A stretch of DNA of 40,286 nucleotides from Actinomycetes bacterium (GTDB taxonomy: Bacteria > Actinomycetota > Actinomycetes > S36-B12 > UBA10799): the NCBI GenBank assembly GCA_037133175.1, contig JBAXOQ010000003.1, forward strand, positions 1 through 40,286, written 5' to 3'. The position numbers were made by a program, and so were the translations under genes. The notes beneath the pieces were generated by a model. It was given only the letters and a program-made list of their open reading frames with translations. It had not been told where the DNA came from and ran no database searches. Shown one piece after another: positions 9,585 through 19,475 of this stretch (position 1 is the first letter of the stretch; each line of letters starts with the position of its first letter).

Positions 9585-10937
9585 TCACTTGATCACCACG
9601 TTGAAGACAGTCTTCAGGTCGCCCGACACGCTGTTACCGGAGGTGTTCGACAGGGTGGGAGTCACGCCGCGGGAGTTGCGGATTCCCACCGCGATTCCCG
9701 TCGTCACGAGTCCTTGCGACAGAGTGTCGTTCACCCGGTTGCCGGTGACCGAGGTCCCCTGCCCGAAACCGATGATGATTCCGGCGGACGGTGCAACTCC
9801 GTAACCGGTGTTCCACTCGGTCTTCGCAGATGCAAACGGTTCGGTGATGGTGTTGCCGCGAATCGTGTCGGCCGTGGCCAATCCGATGGCAGCTGAATGC
9901 ACGAGGACACCAGCGGTACCGGGTGTGGTGATCGAATTGTCTGCGACCAGGTTCCCACCGCCGATCGTCTGCCCGCCCGGGTGGGTGTCGTACCGAATCG
10001 CGATGGCGTGCACCGCGGTCCCGCTAATGGTGTTACCGAGGACCGAGATGCGCACGGGGTTTGTCGCGGACACGGTGCTGGCGTAGCCCGAGTCCGACTG
10101 GACGCTGACCGAACTGCCGCGCAGCGTGTTCGCGGACACGGTCGAGTCGGTGACACCCTCTAGGTAGAGGTTGTGGGGCTTGCTCGCCGAGCCGTCGACG
10201 ATGTTGCCGGAGTAGGTGATACCGCGCGACCTGAGCAGATCGAGAGCGTTGCCAGAGGCCGAAGCCTCCACGCGATTGTTGGTGATCGTCGCCCCGCTCA
10301 CCCCGCCACCGCCGATCAAGTCGTTCCCGGAACCTGAGCCGCCTCGGTCATCGAAGGTGCAGTCCCGAACAGTGACCGCCGAAACGTCCTTGAGCCAGAT
10401 TCTGAAGTAGTTGGCGTTGGTCAAACGCAGATTGCTGACCGTCCAGCCCGACCCGAGCTTGACCGCGCCGCCGGTGTTGGCAGCCGGTGTGATGCCAGCC
10501 GCAATCGAGTCCGCACGGCTGCCGTCGATCGTCAAGTTGGCGACGGTGACGCCGGTGGCCGTGGCATCGGGGGTGACCATGTAGCCGTAGCTGAACTTGG
10601 GCCAGTTGGCACGATCCAGCTTCAGCGTGGTCACGTCCACCCCGCTGCCGAGCAGTCGCACTCCGGTCCGGACGCGGATCGGCTGGGACAACAGGTAGCC
10701 CCCCGGGTTCAGGAGCACGGTGGAGCCGGGCGCGGATGCGTCGATGGCCGCCTGGATCGTCGGCGCGGAATTGCCGCCGGACGTCGGGCTCACCACGGTG
10801 CAGGGTTGGACGCAAGGGGTGCCTTGATCGCTGACGGCACCGAACGCGGACTGCGTGGGGGCCACGACCAAGGCTAGTGCCGCCGCCGCGAATCCAGCCA
10901 ACAGACCTCTGCGGGCCGATCCGCCGATGTGCCTCAT
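9585..10937 (-). CDS. Secreted right-handed parallel beta-helix protein (pectate-lyase-3-like)
   Basis: ATG 10937 with GAGGAG RBS; Tat-like signal ARRGLL; APTIQAAIDA...GGYLLSQPI N-cap followed by Asn-rich beta-helix repeats. Confidence 0.85.
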   Translation of the reverse strand: MRHIGGSARRGLLAGFAAAALALVVAPTQSAFGAVSDQGTPCVQPCTVVSPTSGGNSAPTIQAAIDASAPGSTVLLNPGGYLLSQPIRVRTGVRLLGSGVDVTTLKLDRANWPKFSYGYMVTPDATATGVTVANLTIDGSRADSIAAGITPAANTGGAVKLGSGWTVSNLRLTNANYFRIWLKDVSAVTVRDCTFDDRGGSGSGNDLIGGGGVSGATITNNRVEASASGNALDLLRSRGITYSGNIVDGSASKPHNLYLEGVTDSTVSANTLRGSSVSVQSDSGYASTVSATNPVRISVLGNTISGTAVHAIAIRYDTHPGGQTIGGGNLVADNSITTPGTAGVLVHSAAIGLATADTIRGNTITEPFASAKTEWNTGYGVAPSAGIIIGFGQGTSVTGNRVNDTLSQGLVTTGIAVGIRNSRGVTPTLSNTSGNSVSGDLKTVFNVVIK

Positions 10938-11208
10938 TGCTTCTCCTCTGAGTAGACCGAGGTTGGCAACGGCATCGCAGATCGAGCATCTGAACCACTT
11001 TGGGCCGTTTGAGTGAATCCGAGTTGCAATGACCGATGTCAGCGTGAACGGGTTCTCGCGCAGGCGATCACGGAGCAACCTCCGTCGCAGCCGACGCACC
11101 ACGCTCAGGCTGAGGCACTCGCTACAGGTAGCGGCATAACGGACCCACCAGCTTCACTCCGGTGGGCCGTTCGGGGGAAAGGAACGTGCTGTTGGGTGCG
11201 CCGGCCGG

Positions 11209-12135
11209 TCAGGTGCGTGGCCCGGTCACCAGCGTGAGCAGCGTTGCCTCCGGCGGGCAGGCGAAACGAATCGGCGCGAACGGACTCGTGCCGAGGCCAG
11301 CCGACACATGCAGCCACGAATCGCCACACCGGCTCAGTCCGCTGGCAGCCTTGTTGTCCAGGTCGCAGTTGGTCACCAGCGCGCCGTAGCCGGGCACGCA
11401 CACCTGGCCGCCGTGGGTGTGCCCGCACATGATCAGGTCGGCGTGGTCAGCCGCCATGGCATCAATCACCCGCAGGTACGGCGCGTGCGCGATGGCTAAC
11501 CGCAGGTCGGCATCGGCGCGGAACGGCCCAGCCACCTGGGCGTAGTCGTCGCGCTTGATGTGTGGGTCATCGACGCCGCGCGCGTCGACGATGCGGCCGT
11601 CGATGTGCAGGAGTTCGTCCCGGTTGGACAGGTCGCGCCACCCGCAGGTCACCAGCGTGCTCACCAGGTCGCGCCACGGCAGGTCCGGTCGGTTGGAGCC
11701 GCCGCGTTCAGACGGAGCGCTCAGGTACTGCAGCGGGTTGCCGAACGTTGGAGCGTAGTAGTCGTTGGAACCCAGCACGAATACTCCGGGGATGTCCAGC
11801 AGTGCGTCGAGCGCACCGATGACCGGGCCGAGGGCATCGCGGTGGGCCAGGAAATCCCCGGTCACCACGACCAGGTCCGGTTGCAGATGGGCCAGGCTCC
11901 GGACCCAGGCCTGGCGACGGTGGTTCCTCGGCGTCATGTGCAGGTCCGAGATATGCAGCACCCGCAGGGGCTCCTGCCCCGGTGCCAACACCGGTACGCT
12001 CACCTCGCGCAACCGCGGGGATTGCGCTTCGATCAGTGCGTAGGTCAGCACCCCGGCTCCAACGGCCGTTGCGCCGACCAGAGACCCGGCGACGGCGCGA
12101 GTGGTTCGGGAACGCGAGAGGACTGCCATGCGCAC
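11209..12135 (-). CDS. Calcineurin-like metallophosphoesterase (Rv3683-like)
   Basis: SDLH, TGDF, GSND and GHTHGGQ motifs; conserved synteny. Confidence 0.93.
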   Translation of the reverse strand: MRMAVLSRSRTTRAVAGSLVGATAVGAGVLTYALIEAQSPRLREVSVPVLAPGQEPLRVLHISDLHMTPRNHRRQAWVRSLAHLQPDLVVVTGDFLAHRDALGPVIGALDALLDIPGVFVLGSNDYYAPTFGNPLQYLSAPSERGGSNRPDLPWRDLVSTLVTCGWRDLSNRDELLHIDGRIVDARGVDDPHIKRDDYAQVAGPFRADADLRLAIAHAPYLRVIDAMAADHADLIMCGHTHGGQVCVPGYGALVTNCDLDNKAASGLSRCGDSWLHVSAGLGTSPFAPIRFACPPEATLLTLVTGPRT

Positions 12136-12201
12136 ATGGTTTCATGCCGCCGCATCGAAAGGCGGGTGCGCGGTACGTCAGCGGTGAGCGAAGATGGTGC
12201 C

Positions 12202-12663
12202 ATGACCGATACTGCGCTGAAAGCCCAACTGCGAATCGACCTGACCTCGGCGATGAAGTCACGCGACGAGCTGAGCGCCGCCACCATCAGGATGGCTCTG
12301 ACTGCCATCACCAACGAGGAGGTGGCCGGAAAGACGGCTCGGGAGTTGAGTGACGCCGACGTGTTGGCGGTGCTTGGCCGGGAAGCCAAGAAGCGCCGTG
12401 AGTCCGCTGAGGCGTTTGATGCGGCTGGTCGCTCCGACCTGGCGGACCGCGAGCGCGCCGAGCTGACGGTGCTAGCCCGATACTTGCCCGAGCAGATCAG
12501 CGATGAGGACCTAGTCGCGATCGTCAGCGCCGCGGTGGCACAGATCGGCCCGGGCGGTATGCGCAACATGGGGGCCGTGATGAAGGTTGTGCAACCGCAG
12601 GTCGCTGGCCGAGCGGACGGTGGGCGGGTTGCTGCCGAGGTCCGCCACCAATTGGGGCAGTAG
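12202..12663 (+). CDS. GatB/YqeY domain protein
   Basis: AMKSRDE...KKRRESAEAF...YLP...MGAVMK...GRADG; start moved to ATG 12202. Confidence 0.93.
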   Translation: MTDTALKAQLRIDLTSAMKSRDELSAATIRMALTAITNEEVAGKTARELSDADVLAVLGREAKKRRESAEAFDAAGRSDLADRERAELTVLARYLPEQISDEDLVAIVSAAVAQIGPGGMRNMGAVMKVVQPQVAGRADGGRVAAEVRHQLGQ

Positions 12664-12688
12664 CCGTACGCAAGTCCAAACGGCGGGA

Positions 12689-14953
12689 CTACGGGCGTTT
12701 GGTGGGCTTGGTCTGTGGCTTGTAGTAGTAGTACGGGTTGTACTGCGGATCCGGCTGCATCTGTTGGCCGTAGGTGGAATCCCAACTGGAGCTGCCGCCG
12801 GTCTGTCCGACCCCGCCTTTGCGTGCCTGGGTCAGGTTGAAACTGGCCTTGAGGTCGAAGTCCCGTGGGGGAGTGCCCTCAAGGGCCCCGAGCATGACGT
12901 CGCGCCAGATTGGGCCCGGCAGCGAACCGCCGTGCACTAGGTCGTAGTACTGGCCGTTGATCGTGACGTTCTGCAACGGGTGCTCGAAGCCGCCGCGCGG
13001 GTCGCCGACCCAGACCGCGGTGGACAGTTCGGGGGTGTACCCGGCGAACCAGACGGCCGCGTTGGAGTCAGTGGTTCCGGTCTTGCCGGCGGCGTCGCGG
13101 CCGATGGTCATCGTCTGGCCGGTGCGCCCGCCGATGTTGCCGTCGATGACGCCGCTTAGCACAGCAGTGGTCGCGTCGGCCACCTCTCGGCTGACCGCTT
13201 GGCGGCAACTGCCGTCGTCGGTGTACTGCGGCTTACCAGCGAAGTTGGTGATCGATACGATGGCGTGGCTGCGGCAATACACACCGTGGTTGGCCATGGT
13301 GGCGTAGGCGCCGGCCACGGCCAGCGGCGACACCTCCATCGTGCCCAGGGTGAAGGATGGGTAGCGCAGCAGCGGCTTTCCGTTGGCCAGAGTGACGCCC
13401 ATTCGCTCGGCGATATCCACGGTGCGACACAACCCCGCCTGTCGCTCGAGTTCCATGAAGTAGGTGTTGACCGACAGGGCGGCTCCTTGCCACATGTTGA
13501 ACGTGCCCGCGCCAGTGGAGTTATTGACCGTGTAGGCCTTGAATCGCTCGGACCCACACCCCCAGTCGCCGCCGCCGAAGGTCTTTGTCTGCGGCGAGTC
13601 GATCCAGTCGTTTGGATTCAGACCCTTCTCGAAGGCGGCTGCAATCGTGAAGATCTTGAACGTCGACCCCGCCTGCATGCCAATGGTTCCGCCGTCCGCG
13701 GCGTTGACGGCGTAGTTGTAGGCGGTCTTGCCAGCTCCGGAGGTGCCCCAGGTGCGGTTTTCGGCCAGGGCAAGCACTTTGCCGGTGCCGGGCTCGACCA
13801 TGGCGACCGCCGCCGCCTTCCGGCTGCGGTCGGTCTGCGGGATGTACTTGTCGACGGTGGTTTGGGCGATGTCTTGTTTCTTGGGGTCTAGCGTCGTCTG
13901 GATGGTGAACGCGCCGCGTTTGATCAGGTCGGTGCGGGCCGCCTGGGTAGCGCCGTAGCGAGGATCGTTCTTGATCTGGTTCAACACGAACTCGCAGAAG
14001 AACGGGTACGGCCCAGCCGTGCAGCCATTGGGTTGTTCGCGGGGGTTCAGTGATTTCTTGACGGAGGTTGCTTTGGCAATCTCTGCCTGAGCAGCGGTGA
14101 TGTCGCCAGCGGCGACCATGCGCTCAAGCACGATGTTTCGACGTGTCTGCGCCGCATCGGGGTGCTTGGTCGGATCGAAGGCGACTGGCTGCTGGACGAT
14201 TCCGGCCAGCGTCGCGGCCTGTGACAGAGTCAGGTCGGCGGCGCTGACGTTGAAGTAGCGGCGGGCAGCGGCTTCGGCGCCGTACGCGCCGGCCCCAAAG
14301 TAGGCAACGTTCAAGTAGCCGCCGAGGATCTGCGCCTTGGTCAGCTGTTTCTCGATCGCGAGCGCGTACTTCATCTCTTGCAGCTTGCGTCCCAGGGTCT
14401 GAACCCGGGCGGCGGCGATCTCTTCCTTGGTGGTCGCGTTGGTGATCAGCAGGTTGCGGACGTACTGCATGGTGATCGTGGAACTGCCCTGCTGGACATC
14501 GCCGGCGGAGGAGTTGGCGACCAGTGCGCGCACCGCTGCTTTGACGTCGACGCCGCGGTGCTGGTAGAACCGCACGTCCTCAGTGTCGATGAGGCCCTTC
14601 TGCAGCAGCGGTGAGATCTGCTCGAGCGGGACCACGATTCGGTTCTCGGCGTACAGCGTGGCGATTCTGGAACCGTCAGCGGCGACCATGTAGCTGCGTT
14701 GCGGCAGCGGCAGCGACTTAAGCTGAGCTGGTAGCGAGTCAAATGTTGCGGACGCTTCTTTGGTTGCGAACGCGACGGAACCGACGACCGGCAGGCACAT
14801 GGCAGCAACGATCGCGCCAGCGAGAACGCTGACGAGGAGGAAGGTTTGCACGTCGACGATGCGGAACTTTCGACGTCCCGGTGGGGTTGCGGGCACACCC
14901 ATAAGACTCAAGGGTAAGCGCGTTGGTTTCGTTCGCTGCGCTCTGGTTGCCAA
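12689..14953 (-). CDS. ponA: Bifunctional class A penicillin-binding protein (PonA2-like)
   Basis: Transglycosylase EDVRFYQHRG and GSSTITMQ; transpeptidase STFK, SVN and KTG. The start may be ATG 14902. Confidence 0.95.
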   Translation of the reverse strand: MATRAQRTKPTRLPLSLMGVPATPPGRRKFRIVDVQTFLLVSVLAGAIVAAMCLPVVGSVAFATKEASATFDSLPAQLKSLPLPQRSYMVAADGSRIATLYAENRIVVPLEQISPLLQKGLIDTEDVRFYQHRGVDVKAAVRALVANSSAGDVQQGSSTITMQYVRNLLITNATTKEEIAAARVQTLGRKLQEMKYALAIEKQLTKAQILGGYLNVAYFGAGAYGAEAAARRYFNVSAADLTLSQAATLAGIVQQPVAFDPTKHPDAAQTRRNIVLERMVAAGDITAAQAEIAKATSVKKSLNPREQPNGCTAGPYPFFCEFVLNQIKNDPRYGATQAARTDLIKRGAFTIQTTLDPKKQDIAQTTVDKYIPQTDRSRKAAAVAMVEPGTGKVLALAENRTWGTSGAGKTAYNYAVNAADGGTIGMQAGSTFKIFTIAAAFEKGLNPNDWIDSPQTKTFGGGDWGCGSERFKAYTVNNSTGAGTFNMWQGAALSVNTYFMELERQAGLCRTVDIAERMGVTLANGKPLLRYPSFTLGTMEVSPLAVAGAYATMANHGVYCRSHAIVSITNFAGKPQYTDDGSCRQAVSREVADATTAVLSGVIDGNIGGRTGQTMTIGRDAAGKTGTTDSNAAVWFAGYTPELSTAVWVGDPRGGFEHPLQNVTINGQYYDLVHGGSLPGPIWRDVMLGALEGTPPRDFDLKASFNLTQARKGGVGQTGGSSSWDSTYGQQMQPDPQYNPYYYYKPQTKPTKRP

Positions 14954-14975
14954 ATTTGGCGCTATTTTGGGCGAT

Positions 14976-14993
14976 ATAGTCCTAATTGACTAT
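14976..14993. promoter_or_regulatory. Palindromic site ATAGTC-CTAATT-GACTAT in the ponA/whiB4 divergent region
   Basis: 6-bp inverted arms around a 6-nt spacer; the 12-mer core recurs at 1192 and 2665. Confidence 0.45.
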
Positions 14994-15140
14994 GGAAAAT
15001 GGTTCTTTTGGACCTTCATATAGTCATAGGGTGAACGTACGGTTACAGCACGCTCACCGTTGTTCCACGTCGTAGGCAGTTGTCGTGAGCAAGTTGCCTG
15101 TCTGCCTACGAGTGCAGATCGAAGCCAGTGAAGGGTAGCA

Positions 15141-15500
15141 ATGAACTGGATCAAGGACTGGCCGGCCCATTCCGCGTGTCGCGGGGTCGACCCGGATCGA
15201 CTTTTCGTGCAAGGCGCGGCCCAGAACCGTGCGAAGGCGATCTGTGCCGGTTGTCCGGTCAGGAGTGAGTGCCTGGCCGACTCGCTTGACAACCAGATTG
15301 AGTTCGGTGTGTGGGGTGGCATGACCGAGCGAGAGCGTCGGGCGCTGCTTCGGCGTCGTCCGGACGTCTCGTCGTGGCGCAACTTGCTTGAGAGCGCGCG
15401 CAGTCGCCACCAGCAGAAGGCCGCGGTGGCGGACGCTCGTGAGACTGTTGCACTACCCCACCAGGCAGCCAGGGCATCGCTGGAGATGAGTTCGCGCTAA
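15141..15500 (+). CDS. whiB4: WhiB family Fe-S regulator (WhiB4/WblA)
   Basis: Four Cys, LFVQGAAQNRAK, GVWGG; divergent from ponA. Confidence 0.93.
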   Translation: MNWIKDWPAHSACRGVDPDRLFVQGAAQNRAKAICAGCPVRSECLADSLDNQIEFGVWGGMTERERRALLRRRPDVSSWRNLLESARSRHQQKAAVADARETVALPHQAARASLEMSSR

Positions 15501-16705
15501 TCGTTGGCGAGTGCTTGGCCAACCTCGCGCAGGCCGTCCAGATCGTGCACGTCCCCAGGCAGGGCAGCTGCTGTGGCGACCGCCACGCTGGGATGAGCCG
15601 AGCAGAATCGTTCGGCCATTCGGCGTTGCGACTTGGCGAGTTGCATCTTGTCCGCATGAAGCCGCAGCATTCCGGAGACCACCGCGTGCTCGCCGGCCTC
15701 GTCTAGTCGGTCGGCTCCCGCTATGGCCGTCTCCCTGGTGAGTTGCGGCAACGGCACGGTGGCAACCCGGTTCAAAACCAAGCCCGACAGCGGCATCTGC
15801 TCAGTGGCCAGACGTTCAACGAAGTACGACGCTTCCCGCAGAGCGTCCCGATCCGGCGCGGCAACCACGATGAATCGGGTGTCAGGCGCCTGCAGTTGCC
15901 GGTACGTGGCCTCGGCGCGCTCCCGAAACCCGCCGAACATCGCGTCGAATGAGGCCACGAAGAGCTGTAGATCCTTCAGTACCTGAGCCCCGATCACTTT
16001 GGTGATTGTGCCGGTGACCACAGTGAAGCCAACCGTGACGATCTTGCCGGTGAGCTTGCCGGCGCCGCGGGCCGGGGCGGCAAGCAGGCGCATGAGCCTG
16101 CCGTCCAGGAACGACCCGAGGCGTTGTGGGGCGTCCAGGAAGTCCAGTGCCGAGCGTGAAGGTGGGGTGTCCACGACGATCAGGTCCCACTGACCGGTGG
16201 TGGCTGCGGCGTTACGCAGCTGACCGAGCTTCTCCATCGCCATGTACTCCTGCGTGCCGGCGAAGGAACTCGACAGGGCTTGGTAGAAGGGATTGTCCAG
16301 AATCGCTTGTGCCCGTTCAGTGTCCTGATGGCTCTGCACGATCTCGTCGAACGTGCGCTTCATGTCCAGCATCATGGCGTCGAGCCGGCCACTGTTCGCT
16401 CCGTCGCACGGGATGACGCCGTTGACTGCCCGAGGGGTGTTGTCCAACTCGGTCAGGCCCATCGATTGCGCGAGGCGCTTGGCCGGGTCGATCGTCATCA
16501 CGCACACCTTGCGCCCACGTTCGGCCGCGCGCAGGGCCAAGGAGGCGGCGACGGTGGTCTTGCCAACGCCGCCGGATCCGCAGCACACGATCACATGTAC
16601 GGCACGGTCATCGAGCAGCGAGTCGATATGCAGCCGGGGTGTGCCATCAGGCAGTCGCCCGCCGGCGGTGGATGTCGTGCGCGCCGAAGCTTTCTCTGTA
16701 GCCAT
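15497..16705 (-). CDS. ArsA/Get3-family ATPase (Rv3680-like)
   Basis: GSGGVGKTT, TIDPA and DTPP motifs. Confidence 0.93.
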   Translation of the reverse strand: MATEKASARTTSTAGGRLPDGTPRLHIDSLLDDRAVHVIVCCGSGGVGKTTVAASLALRAAERGRKVCVMTIDPAKRLAQSMGLTELDNTPRAVNGVIPCDGANSGRLDAMMLDMKRTFDEIVQSHQDTERAQAILDNPFYQALSSSFAGTQEYMAMEKLGQLRNAAATTGQWDLIVVDTPPSRSALDFLDAPQRLGSFLDGRLMRLLAAPARGAGKLTGKIVTVGFTVVTGTITKVIGAQVLKDLQLFVASFDAMFGGFRERAEATYRQLQAPDTRFIVVAAPDRDALREASYFVERLATEQMPLSGLVLNRVATVPLPQLTRETAIAGADRLDEAGEHAVVSGMLRLHADKMQLAKSQRRMAERFCSAHPSVAVATAAALPGDVHDLDGLREVGQALAND

Positions 16706-16706
16706 G

Positions 16707-17747
16707 TCAGCACGCTCCCTGCTGGCGCAGCATCTTGGCCAACGAGTATAGGGCGCTCAAGTCGATTCCTCCGGCCATCTCAGGCAGCTCGTAGATCGGT
16801 CGGTTGGCCTCGTTCAAACGGATGCGTTGCGACTGTTCGAGGGTGACTCGTTCAGCGTGGTCAGTGGCCTCATCGATGAGCGCATCAGTGGCCTTGTCCA
16901 GGTTCAGGTTCTTGGGCAGTCCGGCCGCCAACAGGCCGGCTTCGATGTCGGCCCGATCCAGTCGGCCTTCCGAAGCTGCCTCCAGGCTCGGCGGCGACAG
17001 TCTGGGAACTCGCAGCATGTTGACGATGACCGCGCCCACCGGCAGTTTCGCCTCATGGAGCTCTTCGATGCCGTCCAGCGTCTCCTGAACCGGCATTTCC
17101 TCCAGTAGCGTCACCATGTGGACGGCAGTACGAGGTGATCGGATGACGGCCATGACCGATTCGGCTTGGTTCTTGATCGGACCCACCTTGGCCAAGTTGC
17201 CTACCTCGCTCGACACGTTCAGGAACCGCGAGATGCGGCCCGTGGGCGGCGCATCCATCACGATTGCGTCGTATGCCGGGTGGCGGCCCTGGTCAGCCCG
17301 ACGAACCGCTTCAATCGCCTTTCCGGTCAGCAGCACGTCGCGCAGACCCGGTGCGATCGTGGTGGCGAAGTCGATGGCTCCAAGCTTGCGAAGAGCGCTG
17401 GCAGAGCGCTTCATGCCGTAGAACATCTCCAGGTACTCCAGCAGGGCTGCCTCAGGGTCGACAGCCAATGCGTAGACGTCGCCGCCGCCGGGGGCTATGG
17501 CGATCGGCCTCTCCTCGTATGGCAGCGGTGGAACGTCGAACATCTGGGCGATCCCCTGGCGACCCTCGACCTCCATCAGCAGCACTCGCCGTCCGCCGGT
17601 CGCCAACGCGATGGCAAGAGCGCCGGCGACCGTCGTCTTACCTGTGCCGCCCTTGCCGGACACAACGTGCAATTGCACCTTCGGCCAGTCACCGGACCGT
17701 GGTGCGGGGGTACCCCTGGGCGCGTGAGGCTTGTTTCGATCGGACAC
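16707..17747 (-). CDS. ArsA-related P-loop ATPase (Rv3679-like)
   Basis: GKGGTGKTT and DAPPTG motifs; tandem with the other ATPase. Confidence 0.93.
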   Translation of the reverse strand: MSDRNKPHAPRGTPAPRSGDWPKVQLHVVSGKGGTGKTTVAGALAIALATGGRRVLLMEVEGRQGIAQMFDVPPLPYEERPIAIAPGGGDVYALAVDPEAALLEYLEMFYGMKRSASALRKLGAIDFATTIAPGLRDVLLTGKAIEAVRRADQGRHPAYDAIVMDAPPTGRISRFLNVSSEVGNLAKVGPIKNQAESVMAVIRSPRTAVHMVTLLEEMPVQETLDGIEELHEAKLPVGAVIVNMLRVPRLSPPSLEAASEGRLDRADIEAGLLAAGLPKNLNLDKATDALIDEATDHAERVTLEQSQRIRLNEANRPIYELPEMAGGIDLSALYSLAKMLRQQGAC

Positions 17748-17903
17748 GCTGAAAACACTACTGGCCCGATCGTCGGGACGCTGCGGTCAGCGGAGCGCAT
17801 TTCACCTGATAGTGCGCCGGATGTGACGTGGGCCGCCAGGGCTGCCACAATGAAAAGGCGCCAGTCAAAATGCGGATTGCCTGCGTGGAGGGATGGATAG
17901 CCG

Positions 17904-19457
17904 GTGGATGCCCGCACGCTGACGGTGGTCTTGGTCGTGACGATTGTTGTCGAGGCTGTCGTTCTATTCGCCCAATACCGATCCAACAAGGCATACCAGG
18001 GACTCGGCTGGTGGGCAGCCGGCAATGCGGCCCTGGCTGTTGGTTTCGTGGCCAGTGCGGTTCGGGGCGAATCCTTCGCCGGGCATGTTGCGGTCGCACT
18101 GTCGCTGACTTTGTTCGTGGCCGGAATGTCTGCCGTCTACGTTGGTGTGGCCGATTTCTTGGAGCAGAGGACAGATCTGCGCTGGGTCGCGGCGTTCGTC
18201 GCCCTGTTCGCCGTTGCCATTTGCTACCTCACGTTCGTCGACGACCTGGTGGCGATCCGGCGGTCGGTGGTCTACCTGGGTGTTGCCATTGCATCGGCGA
18301 TGAGCGCCTGGTCGTTGATCCACAACCGACTCCCATCGGTTGGGCGCGCCGCCGTCTTCTTGTTCGCCGTGTTCTCTGTCAATGCCCTGCTGTACGCCGT
18401 CCTGTCCGTGGCTGAACTGCTCGGGGCCGACGCTGGGAAGTCCTTGCTCGCTGACACTCCCGCGTATGCGGCCGGCCTGCTGGTGGCGCTGGCGACGACA
18501 ATGCTGTGGACGTTTGGCCTGGTTATCATGATCAATCGCCGGCTGAGTGTCGACATCGATATCGAACGAGAGAATCTGCAACGCATCTTTGCGACCAGCC
18601 CGGACTCGACGATCATCAGCCGGTTGCGCGATGGGATGATCGTCGACGTCAACCAGGGTTTCACCCGGGTTACCGGCTACTCCCGCCAGGATGCAGTCGG
18701 GAACTCGTCCGTCCAGGTGCCGCTGTGGCGTCACCGGGAGGAGCGCGACAAGCTGGTCGAGATGCTGCTGGCAGACGGCGTTTGTGAGAACTTCGAGGCC
18801 GAGTTCCGGCGCAAGGACGGCACGACGATCAACGGAATAGTGTCTGCTCGACTGTTGAGTCTGCATGGTGAGCCACACATCATCGGCGTGACACGGGACA
18901 TCACCGAAAGCAAGCTACTGGAGCGAAAACTCAAACGCCAGGCCTCCACCGACAGTCTGACCGGGGTCGCGAACCGTCGGCACTTTCTGCTGGCAACCGC
19001 CCGCGAGCTCGCCCGGTCGCAGCGGCATTCCCTGCCGATGTCAGTGGCCTTGCTCGACGTGGACCACTTCAAAGATGTCAACGACACGTATGGGCACTCG
19101 GCCGGGGACGGTGCCTTGGTCGCGATCGTCTCGACTCTGCAGGCCCACATTCGCGAGATCGACATCATCGGTCGCCTTGGTGGGGACGAGTTCGCGATCA
19201 TGTTCCCGAATACCGACGCGGGTCAGGCGTCGCTGTCTGTCGAGCGCTGCCGAGAAGCGCTCAGCGAGCACCCTCTGCAGCTCGGCGGTGACTCGGTTCC
19301 GGTCACCTTCACCGGAGGGGTCTCCACCCTGTCAGGGGAACAGGAAACCGTCGACACCATGCTGGCCCGCGCGGACCGGGCGTTGTACGCGGCCAAGGAC
19401 GAGGGACGCAACCGCGTGGTGGTCGATCCTTCCCGGGCTCTGCCCAAACCGACGTGA
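17904..19457 (+). CDS. Membrane-bound PAS-GGDEF diguanylate cyclase
   Basis: About 7 hydrophobic helices, PAS/PAC (VNQGFTRVTGY...RDIT), DSLTG, DVDHFK, RxxD I-site (REID) and an intact GGDEF. Confidence 0.95.
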   Translation: MDARTLTVVLVVTIVVEAVVLFAQYRSNKAYQGLGWWAAGNAALAVGFVASAVRGESFAGHVAVALSLTLFVAGMSAVYVGVADFLEQRTDLRWVAAFVALFAVAICYLTFVDDLVAIRRSVVYLGVAIASAMSAWSLIHNRLPSVGRAAVFLFAVFSVNALLYAVLSVAELLGADAGKSLLADTPAYAAGLLVALATTMLWTFGLVIMINRRLSVDIDIERENLQRIFATSPDSTIISRLRDGMIVDVNQGFTRVTGYSRQDAVGNSSVQVPLWRHREERDKLVEMLLADGVCENFEAEFRRKDGTTINGIVSARLLSLHGEPHIIGVTRDITESKLLERKLKRQASTDSLTGVANRRHFLLATARELARSQRHSLPMSVALLDVDHFKDVNDTYGHSAGDGALVAIVSTLQAHIREIDIIGRLGGDEFAIMFPNTDAGQASLSVERCREALSEHPLQLGGDSVPVTFTGGVSTLSGEQETVDTMLARADRALYAAKDEGRNRVVVDPSRALPKPT

Positions 19458-19475
19458 GACTGCTAGCTTCTGACG

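Noticed and set aside
11040-11208. c-di-GMP or c-di-AMP riboswitch
   Set aside because: Hairpins are present but I could not find the conserved motifs of either class.
11560-12201. N-terminal extension of YqeY and other long antisense ORFs (e.g. 30943-32034, 33718-34725)
   Set aside because: Shadow ORFs opposite well-supported genes, with no recognisable motifs.
15497-17747. Arsenic resistance operon
   Set aside because: No arsB/C/R genes; this ATPase pair is a conserved neighbour of whiB4.
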